Assembly: GCA_040954595.2 (NCBI GenBank)
Contig: CM082577.2
Span: 11,131,654-11,195,653 of the forward strand
Length of the DNA stretch: 64,000 nt
DNA from: Balanoglossus misakiensis
Lineage: Eukaryota; Animalia; Hemichordata
Reading direction: 5' to 3'
Shown: one piece after another, positions 13,375 to 27,223 of the stretch
How the letters are laid out: each line of letters begins with the position of its first letter
How positions within the stretch are numbered: the first letter of the stretch is position 1
Notes under the pieces: generated by a model
The model's input: the letters and a program-made list of their open reading frames with translations, nothing else
Database searches by the model: none
What the model was told of the DNA's origin: nothing
Translations under genes and position numbers: made by a program

Positions 13375-16300
13375 AGTACAGCTACGAGAGACACATGTGG
13401 ACGAAGTCGCGCAGGTTGTTAATCCCGTCCGTTTCTCTGACCATCACTCGGCGTCGGCGAGATCAACGCTTCAGTCGCAGCTCTAAAAGAAATCAACGCA
13501 ACAAATTAAGCCAGGGTGAAACTTGGATCAGCTGACAAAACTTCTATCAATTTCTCCTGCTACATCCAGAGCTCTCTTTGATCAATGTTTACAGGTACAT
13601 TCACTGCATGTGCCTGTGTAATCTGCGGCTAATCTCGACCCCTATGCAAGTTCCTTATTACAGCGCTCTTGTCTCCACGCAGTAAGGAGATTAAGGGGAG
13701 GTCGGAAATATACGAGCAGAGACTTGTGAGTAGACGTCGAAAAGCACTGATCTGATCCAAAGTTCCTCAGTCACAGTGTCCCCGGGATGATTGGAATATT
13801 ACAAGGCCAATGGTGTCTGGCTCGAAAACACTTCATGGTCGACAAACATCATGACGTAAGCAAGATATCCGCCGGTGTTAATAATCATTCAATCAATGAA
13901 CAACGAAATCATAATGCGTTTAATGTATAACGGCCATTGTCGGCTGCCATTGTCTTGTATACAATACAACCAAGTATACAAACACCTCCGTGCGTACAAT
14001 AAGCCTCTAACGCATTTTGCGGCATCATATCGTCGCATATCTTACATAGCTACTTATTAATAATATCTTAGACAATGACGGACTATCTATCCAATGACAA
14101 TATTACCAGAGACCACCAGAGGTCAGAGTGTGGGTATTACAGACGTTATTCCCGTATGGGAAGTTGCAAGCGTGTGCCATTCCATTAAAACGGGGAATGC
14201 TGAAGAGATTCAGTTCGAATTTCACATCCACGACATAAATCACGCAGTCCAGTGAATGGAAAAGCCAATTATTCAACGGAGTGTTCAAATTTGTAAGGGA
14301 AAAGGCATAATACATGTACAATGAAAAACCATTAAAGATTATAGTGCATGGGATTGTTGGTCTATCTGTCCCTTTTTAACATTTTGGTTGCATCTACAGT
14401 TCGAGGTTTTCGTTTTAAGAATTTTTTGGCATGAATTGTCTTGTCGACGCCCAGCGTACAATTTTTTTAGCTTTCTGTTTGTTGAATAGCCTGATTTCTA
14501 TTGTGTCCATTGTTATAAGTTATGCGATTATGCTTTGATTAAATTTAACATACTTATTGTATATTTTCGGATTTTTTGTTCTCTGTCTCTTGCGGCGTGC
14601 TCTAGTGCTTTCATCGGCTGTTCAATACATGTATGTCCGGGCAAGTTACCGTAAAACTGTGAACTATCGTATCAATACGTTATGACAAAGACAGAGAGGA
14701 ATAAATATTTCTCCTTGTCATGGAGTTCTGATCGACACTGCCTTCACGTCGGTGTCGAAAACAGAATGTTGGTGAGCCGCCGCCGTTTCGCAGGCTAGAA
14801 TAAGACCATATGACTGTATAGGCCAATATGTTGGGTTTGGTTTTAGGAGCAAGACTATGAAAATGCGAGACTGCGACTATAAAGACGATTAAAACACATT
14901 TGATGGGTTTTATATTTCACAATCGACGTACATTTTTTTTCTGACGATGAACTAAACTAGCCAGGGAAGTTTGCAGATGACGCGGCAGAGAAGCGTAGTG
15001 CAATACACGGGCGCGCATATGAGGTTGTCAGGACTCCACAACCTGTGTTGCCAAATTTTCCAATGGTGGCGCGCTGGTCGCTGGCGTTGATTGGCTTAAA
15101 CCACACGGGGAAAATGTGTAGTCGCGTCAAACTTGGAAATGACCCCGGACTAGTATAATGTTGTAAAGACATATCTGATTTCGTACTTTTAAAACAGCGG
15201 TGGGTAGTTAAAACCGCTATACCGTCGCTAAGCTCGCGGGAAAGTGTTATATACAAAATGTACATGTACAATGAAAACACCCGAATGGTAGAAATATCTT
15301 GTGAGATACGGGACGGTGCAAATTATAAGACTAGTATCTACAGAAATCTGCACAGACAAACGTCTATAAAACACAGTACCTGTATATAATACGACTATTC
15401 TCCGCGTTGGTGAAGGAGCGTGCATCGCCTTCCGATCCCGATATGAAATTGATATGGGACCTTGGTCCTGCGATTATTAAAACCGTGCACCCAAAGTGTC
15501 ATCCTCCTATCAGTATTGTAATATGATATCTTCAAACATGTGTTTTCGCTATCATCATGATCATCCGGCGACTTAGAACCGCGCGTGCTCATCGGCCATA
15601 GCCAGTGCGCGCGCGAGTGTGCTTTCAAGCCTCCGGGATCCTCGCCAAAGCCATTTGTGGTATCGGTTACATTTTGTAAGACAGCGTATACTATTGTTGA
15701 GAAATCGAAATCAACAACCGATTTGACATTCCGTGGTACACGTTTATGGTATACTGGTTTTGACACAGAGCGTTGAGTACGAACCACCGTCTAAACAGCA
15801 AACAAGGATCTATCTTTTACCTGTATTTTTTATAATTTTGCGTCGGTGTGTAGCGACGCGGACCGATACACATCCCTACACAAAATTCCACATATTAGTG
15901 GGCACTACCAAAATGGCGCGAAATTCATATAACAACGGTTGCATTTACTGGTACATCCATCTAGAAGTCGATATCCCTGTATTCAATGACAACTAATGCA
16001 GTACACTTTCTTGGTTTGTGGAGCCAAACTTTCACACGCGGCGAGCAAAGCAGTTTTGCAAAAAATATCTGACGTGGAATTTAATTGGAAAAACGATAGC
16101 ATATCATCACAGAAGGACAATATCGACATGTATAGGCCTACAACTATTTAAAAAAATCAAACACAACTAAATTTTGAAATTGCTAAAACTTTTATGTTTA
16201 CCCATGGAGATAAACTCGCTGTAAGCCTTTATATATTCAATATGGCGATCTCAACATGTAAACACACAAAAATAAATCGGAAAGCGAGCGGTTCGGACGT

Positions 16301-16853
16301 TAGAAGAAGTTGATCGCATCATTTTTGGAGTCGGTTATGAGGTAGAAGTAGACAGGGAAAGGATTTTGCTTCGATAAAATCGAATTTCGACCGAAAAAGC
16401 TGCGGTCCGGATCCGGACCGCAGAAGCACCAGTTTTTTCTATGTCGCTTTGCAGGGCTGTGGTGGAGGCCGTGTAACGTCGGGAACACACAGACCGACGC
16501 AGAGCTACGTCAGATAAAATTTGAAATTCGGAGGTATCGGGACCACCCATGGTTAGTCAATCAAGTATGAGTTTGGTTCAAGTACATCGTGATCGAATAA
16601 TTCTCTTTATATAAAAAACGGTGTTGAACGCAGACTGAATCAGTAACCGTGGTATTTCAAGAGTACAATCTGACCTACCTACATCCAACGTACAGTAACT
16701 CGAAAGGTCAAATCTCACGGGTTACAGAACTCGTGTACCTGGTGTGCACCTGTTTTGAATTATGAGTTGTCAAAGAATTTAACCAATCAGAAACAAGCAT
16801 GCGGTGACGCCACAGATGAGTCGTGATTTCGTGACAGTTTGCGTCTACATAAT

Positions 16854-17202
16854 TGTTGGGAACCGTGTGATGTTCAAGGCAGGCTTCGCCTACCAACTCC
16901 TGGGAACCAGAGTTATAGTAAGCCCATACACTTTCTGTTTATTGGCAATGGGTGTTATTTATCTGATATGATTGATCTTTCTACTCTGTATAGTCACAGC
17001 TTCACAACTTCCAAATGCTATTGTTCTACCAATTATTCCGTGTTGCTAAATGTCACAGTTGAAACCAATGTATATAAACCGTAGAGTTTTGAGAATAAAA
17101 CAGACTTGAATTTGGTAACAGCAACTCACGCATCGTGTCTCACTTCCCGGCCATTCGTCCCTCTCCACTTCCTGAACCCTTTCGCAAAGTGTACGCCGTA
17201 CA
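16854..17202 (+). mobile_element. Solo LTR (349 bp) of an LTR retrotransposon
   Basis: TGT...ACA termini; identical 5 bp flanks ATAAT (16849-16853 and 17203-17207); internal TATATAAA (~17071) followed by AATAAA (~17094). Confidence 0.65.
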
Positions 17203-19316
17203 ATAATAGGCATTTGTAGATGTTAACACATAAACATGGTGGTACTGCATGTTATGTGCACATTTTTTTCAAAGCCAATATTCTCATCGACGGAAAATAA
17301 TGTGAAAACTCCTACAAATACACATTTCATGAAGTTGAGCAGCGCTGAACTTTATTTTGATGCAGTAACTTACTTTTCTGAATACGAGCTCATACAAAAC
17401 TCATGTCTTTGTATAGAGTGGATGTCGCTTTGTTAAAAAGGTAATATCTAATTCAAAAGATCGTATGAACAAATAAAATAACAGATCATATGAACATATA
17501 AAACAAATATTCTGTTATGCATTACCTACTCCCGTTCTTCAATGCCTTTGAAAGATAATTTTTTCGTGAAAATCGCATTCATTCCTGCAGCTGCGATTAC
17601 CTAACGAACAAGGAAATATTCGTTCTGCTTTACATTATTTCCAGTGCGAAATATTTAGGGTAATGTCAATACTGCGCCATGTGCGTTTGCTGTTCGGCGC
17701 ACAGCTCGGAAACATACCGTAAAGTAGAACGCAATTTGCATAACAAGGACACAAAACAACTCCACTTGCACAAGTCACCAGAAAAGAGAGCCGAGGTCTT
17801 TCATGGGTGATCGCACTTTTCACCGAGACGTTTTTTTTCAGCAAGTGACAAACCAACTTTCCCCAAACTTTGGCCAAAATTGCCCTGTGAAGTCAGTGTC
17901 ACCTTAAAGGTACACGGTCAATCATGCAAATTTAACCACTGTTACCATGGAATTTTCGAATATAGCCAATAACAGATTTTCAGTGGGTGGATAGAATACA
18001 TGTAGGGGCATGTACGCACCACAGTGGTGTGGTATGGACGAAAAGCAAGTTTTCAAAATCTAGTTGGCATAAGTCGGCCCCTCCCCTCCCCTCCAAGGTT
18101 TTCCGCCGATGCGTCCTCACAAGCGCAACACAACCCGAGTCAATATTTTTGTCTCGCTGTGTAAACGTTGACAAAATCTCAATCGAGACGTTATTAACGC
18201 ACATGCGCATGATTGCCCCCATATACTAGGTCGAATTTAGTAAACACTGCATGCGTAAATTCGATACGGCACAAAGCATGGCGCGCATGCATCATGTACA
18301 AGCGAGTCTTTATTTTGGACTCGCAGTTGACAGTCTACCAGGCGAGACGAGGGAAAGAGAAAGCCACTGGACTGTGTTTGGACAGATGAAATCGTTATTA
18401 GAACACTTTTGGCGGACGAGTTCGAAAAAATTCGCCTTTCAAATCACCGATTAATTAATTTCTGAACTGAGTTGCTCGTTTAACCCGATGTGTGTACTTC
18501 AAGGGCGTGCATGGCTACGTTACCTTACAGCGGGCACCTCTTTTCATACGCATGCGGCATGCATGTAAAGACTTCGGTCTCGTTACTGATCGAGAGTACT
18601 GTTGTTGTGCATTGATTGTGCCATTTGGTTTGGCTCAGCAACAGAACAGCGTTTGGAACCAACGCAGTTGTATCAGAACATCGAACATCCAAACTCGAAC
18701 GCTGCGTGGTTCCAAATGAACAAGTCGTGTTTACTACGCCTTCAAAACACACCCACACCGTCCGTGTGCGCATATTCAACAGTTTGTATCATAACACTGT
18801 TGTCCTATCGGCTACCGGCGCTGGTCAGTTTAGTGTGTCAAGGACCCTGTCCGATTTACATAGAGAGATTGGCAGATAGCGATAGTGGTTTCAGGGTCAC
18901 CAGCCTTTTTCATTTGTTCAAGCTGTCTACCGCGCCGCGTTGAACTACAGTCTTAATTTTATAACGGTGTTGGACCGCACAATAATATCACCTGCAGTTG
19001 TGCTCTCCCTGAATTATTAAAAGGGAGGTTCTAGTGGCAGCGGCAGACGTGTAAATGAGTATAAACTGAGGCACGGCACACCGCATAGGTGATCGAACGT
19101 CCAACCGTGCGTGACGGAATGCAGAATTTGTTGTGGCCGTAGGTGGCGCTATTGGTAAACCTTCTTCTACGTCAGGTTTTCCGCCAACTGTACAGTAGAG
19201 AGATTTTCGTCCTAAAATGGACGGGATATTAGCACATCTGTCCGGCTTCGGATGAGAAGAAGAATTTGCATTTTTTTTTCCTAGATTAAACGACAGAGGG
19301 TTGATTCGCGGTGGGC

Positions 19317-22300
19317 CTATTGTTTACCTACATCTTCAAGTTCCTCTGGAGATTTCTGAAAGAGAAAATACAGCGTGTAAAAACCAATAAAGGCCACTTA
19401 AATTGGCAATTCAAATATCACGAACGATTTCTTTGATACAAGGAAGTTGCTCATCAAAACAATTGTCATATGTAAAAGAATGTAACTGAGCACGATTGGA
19501 ACGTTTACGGGACAATTTCACGTATAGGTAAAATGGCTAAAAAAAGTTAGCAGGGTACAAACTAGCTACACCAAGCAGCCGGTGTACGCCATGATTTTCT
19601 CTTCTTCAAGCGTAAGTGTTTCCTCAAATACAGCATCTATCGCTCGTTTGGACACAATTTATTCACATGCAATTAATCAGTTTTTTTTGTGTTTTTTTTT
19701 TTTTTGCATTATGTTAAAATTAGAAGGTAAAGGACTTCCATTACGTGGCTTTTCGACAGACGGACTGGAGCATGACCGAAAGCGTCCCAAAAAGCGCGGC
19801 AAAATTTCCGCGTTAGGTTAAATAAGGCGTTGAGTTCCTACTGCTCCACAGTAGTATGATATACAGTATTCACAAGCATTTTATTTTCCATGCCCACGCA
19901 GCGAAGTTAACTCACCTGTTGCTGTTTCATGTAACATATGAAATTGGCCCAAATGAATGCAACGGAACCGACGAACAGTACCCTGTATTGTGGCGGCACG
20001 AGGTAAAAATTTGCAGCCTGCAAAAATTGAACCGAAAAGCAGAAGAGTGTTACATACACAATGATCGTTCACCAGATTAGAACTGGGTTGAACAAGGGTG
20101 ATAAGTATAGTCTGCGAAGCCATGTTATATGCAGAATTCAAAAACGCCAAAATCTGTGTTTGACCATGGAGGTACTAGAGAGAAGGAGCGAGGACGCTAT
20201 TGTTTCCTATGAACCCCATGTGCGTCTTAATCTGTTTGCAGATAACATTAGGATCTCAACCTTTTATCACCTGATAGGCGTTCATAAAAGCCGTGCGCTT
20301 GCGTAGATAAACAAATTACAGCTGGCATCGCGTCTACATGATTTACAAAGCATAAACAACCGGACCAAACTGCTGTGCCGAACGTCTCTGCACTGACAAT
20401 TACAATGGCGAATATCGGGCATTTCTCACCATTCCACACTAATAAGACAGCTTGCATCGGGAAGATTGGTTTTCAAATAAAACTTATGAACTTGTTGTTT
20501 TTTGCTGAACATTGCTACAAACTCAAAATATTCATTTCAAAATCATACTTTTTGGTTGTACAAACAAGAGAAATAACGCTACAAGTCTTCCAAGACGTCC
20601 GCCTGACACGCTTCCGGTAGTGGTGACGCGCAAACTGTGACCCCTGGATGTTTTAAAAGTCACCGCGCATATGTAGTACCCTCGTCCGCGATGTGCGCAT
20701 AACGTTTTTAATATCATAGAAATATTACCCCGTAGATCTTGCAAACCTAACTGTAAAATCGACGGCAACACACGGTGGGTTCAAAGGACGCTATCGACAC
20801 AGAAACACAAAGACTTAAGAAGCTTATCACACTTCAGAAGAAAGGGATTTAATCCGCTTAAATCCGTCCTCGCTCCTTCTCTCTAGTACCTCCATGGTTT
20901 GACATGGTCTCATGGAATCTGGGTGTTTGACACGGTCTCTAACTCGTGGTATAGAATCCAAACCTCTTCACATTCTACAAAAGCAATCAGAGAGACAGTT
21001 GGAACCGAGTTGACAAACACAACTTCTCTTCATAACGATAGCCACCGGTACATTTTTTTCCCGTCGACCGGGCCCAGTATGGTTTTCGTCCACAACGCAC
21101 TATGTCGATTACGGAGTGATTATTGAGCTGCCACATGCGTGATTTATACTTGTAGATCAGGGAATTGGGCGAAAGTAGTTTTATAATGGTTCACTGGTCA
21201 TGGGAAAGAGAGAGAGAGAAAGGAAGGAAGGAAGGAAGGAAGGAAAGAAAGAAAGAAAGTTAAGTAAGTAGTAAATAGGCCTGTTAGAAAGAAAGAATGA
21301 AGGATAGTTCCGCATGTCCCGTACAAGGGTAAACGGATTCGAGTACTTGTACACCCATTCGGACACAAATACTTCTCCCATCCCCAACCCTAACCCCCTT
21401 CTCAAATCAAGACCCTTTGCCAAAGTGTGTTGAGCTCTCACCTGTGCCACACCCCAGAATCCGATGCCCACCGTGAAAGTCGGCACAAACTTCTCCCTTA
21501 ATTCTGCAAAGACATCTTCTTTTCTTTCAAGAACACTCATGCCTGAGGAAAAATGACAACACAAGTTTAGCACTCCGAGAGTTAGTAGATGGTACACTTT
21601 TGCATTTAAATTTCGCCCACTATGACCGGCTGTAATATGGAAAACGGTTCCGTGCGTAATTGACCCCGGGAGTTGAACCTTTGAGAAAAGCAGGGAGAGT
21701 AACATGGGGACACGTTCCTCCATTGGCACAGCCTGTGTCCATGGGGATAACTCCATCATGATAGGAGCCACACAGTCACACATCTGCGGTAAGGAGACGA
21801 TATGGGCGCTCCCCCCTCCCTATTATTCCTACCTCGCGGGCTCAGTGTTCGATCCCAGCGGCTTGGCTGTCTTATACATTGTATATTCATTGCATGTATT
21901 CATTGCATCTATATGACACTGTCGTAGTGTCTATGTGCAAACTACAGACAAAAGATAAAACGTTTTCTTTTTGTGGTTGAACAGTAGAATCAGAATTAGC
22001 CGAGATGGGGGTTTTGAGACACAATGTAATGAATGTCTCCCGTTAATGTATGGTGTGAATGGCGCGAACATGTTCAGATAGGGGTGGGCCGCATAATTAG
22101 TGATAGCAAAGGTCAGAGCATTGCACCAAACCCAGCCAAGGCGAGAGATAAATACGAATTGTCTCAGTTTCTAGTCACTTTGACCCCTGACCGTTTCGAC
22201 CCCCGACACCTATGGTCACCTCGACCCCCAGACCTTAGTCACTTTGACCCCTGTGAATTCATTCGGTAAGGAGACAAACTGAGTGGCATGAATGTGTTAT

Positions 22301-24128
22301 AAGTACCGGGTACGTAACCAGTTTCGTTTGATGCGCTAAATCTTTGGTAAGAGTTTACCATTTTGAGACTCTGGAACAGTCGACCATAATATTTCATGAA
22401 TTCGTGCATTCTAACTCAGGCCACTCAGGCGTCAAGAAAGTGGTCTTTTCAGCTGTGGTCTTCCAGGGTTAGCCGGATGAAAATGCCCCGCTTGTCAGCT
22501 GAGGTCACCGTGACCTTCAGTTGATGGAAACACGGAGAAGCCCAAGTATCCAAGAATAGAAGTCGCAACAAGTCGTGCCCCAAATCATGCATAATTAACC
22601 AATATTTCGTTATGTTTTTATGTGTTTTTTAGGGCGGGATTCCTTCCATACCTCTTTCTTGTAATTTGCCACAATGGCTGCTGAAACGCGCAAACCTCGT
22701 ACAACTCGGCGATTTGATAAACATAAAATCAGTACCATACGAGTTTAATATTTGGTGTCATTCGTGGACCCTTCACTCGAGTTACGCGGTGCGATTTTCA
22801 ATCACTGACCGATATCTAGATCGGATAAGTTCTATAAGTATTGTCGCTGTTTATACCGCGAACAGTACATGTCCTGCTGTGAATGGTTTTACGGGGCCAA
22901 TGATCCAGTGATCTACTTTCGTAGTACATGTACGTCACAGACCAGACGTTTTCAAGCGAGGCTACTTCAGCTAATCTCACCGCTCGCGCGCACCGATCAG
23001 CAAAGAGATCCCAAACGGCAGGCTTCTGCGGGACTTTATCCCCGACTGCCTCTTGGGTAAGAGTTGGAATCGGACGAAGAATGGACAGATACTAGACGGG
23101 CGAATTAGTGCAGTCGGACCCTAACCCGGGTTAAAAATTCTCATTTAAAAATGTATCGGAATGTATTAAATACCTCCTCCCCAAAATGATCAATACTTGA
23201 TAACGATATAATCATTTCTCATTCACCGGAATACAGGTTTTGGACAACATCCTCGGGGACCTTTGGTTTTGGTAAAACTTTGAATTACATTACATGCAAC
23301 AATTTCAGAAAACACTGCGTATTGTTTCGGGTGACAATGGGCTTCACCATAGACCCTAGAGTATATGGCTTCACAGACTAGATAGTCTTTTGTTTCATAC
23401 CAACGCACAATGAACTGCGTTTCCACGCTTTATGTTCATGAGGGTATTCAATAATAGCAATTACAGTAATTTCAATTGTAGATGTGTACGTGTACATCGG
23501 TAGGAAACCATATGCACCAGCTGGACTCGTACATGTATTTGATCGAACGACGTCGACACGCGATTAGACTTTGAATTCTAAAGATAAAACGTGGACGTGT
23601 CTTCCGGGTGTGGAGTTATGATTTTGCGAGTTCTGTCTCTGGTTACGTAGATACACCGTGAGATTTGATTCAGTGATTTGGTACATTCTGAATGTTTTAT
23701 GGATATGCACGGAAGCCGTCGTACCAACATGGTTCATACGAAGTCCCTTCAGGCGGACCGTAATGGTACGACTAGGGCCGAAACTACCTGTTCCCGTGTA
23801 GTACTACATGAACATGTACAATCTAACACCTACCTGTGAAAAACCCACAAATACTGACTGGGGTAAATACAAAGATGTCTAACGCCGTCTTCGCTAACAC
23901 AATTCTGGACGACGTTCCCTTCAGAACACCGTCCAAGAGTTTATACCAGAAATGGTTGGCCGGTCCGTTCACCAACAGACACGTCGTTCCCACTCGTCCT
24001 ATTTTGGCCGCGTCGTGCTGGCCGAGCATCGTCTGCTGCGTGAGCTCCGCCGTGGAGTACATGGCCACCAGAAAACCGACGTTCTTCGCGCCGCGAGTTC
24101 TGATCAGTCTTCCAAAGAAGTTGGACAT
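19317..24128 (-). CDS. MPV17L: Mpv17-like protein (Mpv17/PMP22 family), paralog A, ~178 aa
   Basis: Exons 24128-23834, 21542-21442, 20017-19916 (AANFYLVPPQYRVLFVGSVAFIWANFICYMKQQQ) and 19355-19317 (KSPEELEDVGKQ*, less certain). Motifs GPANHFWYKLLD and GMSVLE. Confidence 0.88.
21205..21258. repeat. (GA)n(GGAA)n(GAAA)n purine microsatellite
   Basis: Seen directly. Confidence 0.85.
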
Positions 24129-25240
24129 CTTGATTTTCTGTGGTATGGTTGCCGGGTATTCAGCAGTGATTACTAGTATATTGTGTGGGAATGGGCTGGA
24201 TTATGACGTCGATGAACCGATGGGAAGTGGAAATAGATCCGCCCACTGGTGCTGGAAACGTCGCGTGATGCTTTCAAACAGCCAGTTGTGGTGTGTAGTG
24301 GTAGGTATATTGACTAATGACGATTTAGTTCCAAACGACCTACATGTACCCTCACGATCCCAGTCGTAATTAACGCAGTCTGTGCACACATCGCCCCCGG
24401 GGTGTCGATCCTGATTGTTCAACTAACTACATGCATATGTATAGAAAAGCGTCGCGGCGCTATCCTCGCGTATTCATCATGCATATGTATTATTTAATAC
24501 AATGGGGGAAAGGTCAAAGTTTACGATGTTGTATATGACCGCATAGACGATAGTTACTAAAGGAGATTAGGAAGTGAGGAACTAGGCAGATTAATACATG
24601 TACGTCTCTGGATATTCTAGGACATTGTTTTGTTTCTTGCAGCGTTTAGAACAAACGCTGGATCATCAATCTCGGGTTTCTTTTTCTGTTTTCTTTTTTT
24701 TATTTACAAAATTATGCCAACAACTTCATTGGTAAAATTCTAAAGTAGTTCAACATAGGCGCAGTAAGCTCATGTCGAGCCATGGCCGCAGCACGAGCGC
24801 GTCCATGGACAGACACTTGTATTAAAAGTGGGTACATGTAGTCCAGTCGGTCTCGCCAGCCAGACGTCGCTTTATCCTTCGAGGACTTTAGCCGCACGAA
24901 GAGCGTCACGGGCGGCGAAGCCGCGAAAATCGAGCGTCGAAGAGCGAGCCGCTCGTGGCGCACTTCGTGTGGCTATGCCGTCGAAGGAAAGAACGAGGTG
25001 CCCGGAACTGGGTTATACATGTACATGTATCTTAGAAATAGGGTTTCCTTCATTTAAAGCCAAAGGTCGTGGTCACAGTGATGTTATGAACTATACCCGC
25101 AGTCATATTACATTCAGCCGATAGCTTAATGGTATGTAGTTTAGACAACTATTACATTGGCCATTTTGACAGGATGTTCTTACGTTGGCCTTTGGTCACA
25201 CAAAATTCACGCAAACACTTACAATAATTAGCATAATGCA

Positions 25241-25755
25241 TAGACTCTCTCACAGCCCCTCTTGCCGCCTATGCAGACATACGGTCTGATTGCATATGTG
25301 CCCGGCGAGAGGTTCGCTGCACAACGCTATATGTAGTCTCGGTTACCTAGACTCGTCTGTTTCGACGCATGATGGTTGCAGCTTCAAACACACAAAAAAC
25401 GACATGCTGAGAAGTGCTGGGCCTACTGAAACTGTCTACAAATTGAAGATAGAGAGAGAAGTTTAATTTTGATAAATAGATTTTCTAATATCGTCATATC
25501 ATAATATCAAATGTCATAAATGTCGACCGTCATGCATCGCTTTCGCCTCGAGTCGGCCATCTTTGCCCGGAGAGTTTTCTACTATGGGATTATCCCCCCA
25601 GACCCTCTTTATGGAGGGCAGCGGAAGAAACAGAAGAGTCTGGTAACCGAGACAACACTATATGGTCTTTCTCCTTTGCTAAATGGTTGAGGGCGCGTCA
25701 GTGTACAACATGTGTACAGAGCCTTGTAGCGAACCGTGGGCTGTGAGAGAGTCTA
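25241..25755. mobile_element. MITE with TAG...CTA termini (outer element of a nested pair)
   Basis: Perfect 18 bp TIR TAGACTCTCTCACAGCCC / GGGCTGTGAGAGAGTCTA; flanks cataatgca / agcaatgca look like a decayed 9 bp TSD. Confidence 0.75.
25334..25655. mobile_element. MITE nested inside the previous element
   Basis: TIR TAGTCTCGGTTACC(T)AGACTC.TCTGTTTC versus GAAACAGAAGAGTCTGGTAACCGAGACAA; 9 bp flanks cgctatatg / cactatatg. Confidence 0.75.
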
Positions 25756-26586
25756 AGCAATGCATTGGTGCCCAGAATGCACATCATACACATCTCAGTA
25801 ATATGCGTGTATTTTAATTGTCAAAAAAATAACAACTCACAAACTTGAATCCGCTCTCGTTTGACCTGTTTCAGTGACTTTTGTTTTTTTTTAATGACAA
25901 CAAGTTTAAATGCTGTATATAAAGTCCACTCTCTTTGTAGACAGACTGCAGGGAATTACATTTTACCTTGTAAAATCGCTGTGTGAATAAAGTACATTGT
26001 ATGTCCAAATACAGACAAGAACATGCCTTGTTAATTATCAAATGAAATGCCTAATTAATGAAATGCCTATTAATTGCGATATGGCCAGGTAAATTGTATT
26101 TGGCTGTCCAAGCTCAAGCCACGGCGATTGTAAACGTGCACCACGTCCAAGCTTCCCTTATCTTTTTCAATCATCTTTGTTAATTATTTTTGTCCTTAAT
26201 CGATTCGCCAGATATTGAGCTGCGACTTCTTCTATAACTAAAAAAATGTCTCCTCATTAAACATTCCATGCAACAGTTATATAACTCATATCATGCATGC
26301 CTTAATACACCCTGTTAGATGAAAAATGGACGTCGTGTAGGCATTTGTGACGAGATCTTGTTAGTTGCTGGGACTTTCATTTGGTTACGACTATCGCCTG
26401 CATATATAGTGGCAATATTTTTCGACTCAGGAACATCAAGTTGGAAAGCCGGGGATCAGTTAATATTATGTGTGGTCAGAATCACAATCATCCCTATACT
26501 ATTTTTTACAATGAGTGAAATCATACAAGTATTTCCATATAGTATAGTCTTGATATTATAATGTGAAAATGAGCGGTGCTGTCATT

Positions 26587-27140
26587 TTAAGCCTGAGATT
26601 CTTCCTCTGCGTCACATGTGGGCAGGCCTCTTCCGGCATGGCCTGTTACCACCTTAGTTTCTCCCCACGCATAAGTCTGTAATTTGTCCAAAAAAATGAA
26701 AAGTTTAGTTATCGGTTTAGAGTAACCATGAATGTGCCTTCATCAAACGAAAGAGAATAGGGAATTTTTAAATTTTGAATTGAGTTTCCATCAGTGTCAC
26801 AAACTTGAACCACTGTCTATTTAAACCCACAAATGCACGCAGTTCCACGCAAGGCCCGTTCTAATACATCTAGCAATAAAATGTAGCATTTTCTTACGGG
26901 ACTTGGTGGCTTGACAACTCCAACCGGCTTCGGCTCCGTCAACATGATTTCTTCCCACTCTTCAGTGGTGAGGCGAGTAGTTGTATCTTGTACATCCCCT
27001 TCACTGGCTTCAGTGTCTAATAATACCGTTGCAAAGCCGGCTTGGTTAGATATATCACTCGAGTCAGGACTGAAAAGATACAGTGATGGCGATTTAATTT
27101 TAACGTGAACTCCCTTCTTAAAATGGGACCGGTAACATAA

Positions 27141-27223
<83 letters not shown>

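Noticed and set aside
14957-16560. GC-richer intergenic stretch with short ORFs, possibly a transposon
   Set aside because: No TIR pair, TSD or transposase motif that I could support.
17904-18960. TTAAAGG-starting segment (similar start at 12112) as Kolobok-like MITEs
   Set aside because: Only one terminus is visible in each case.
21382-21398. CCCTAACCC telomere-like motif
   Set aside because: Only one perfect unit; too short to call an interstitial telomere.
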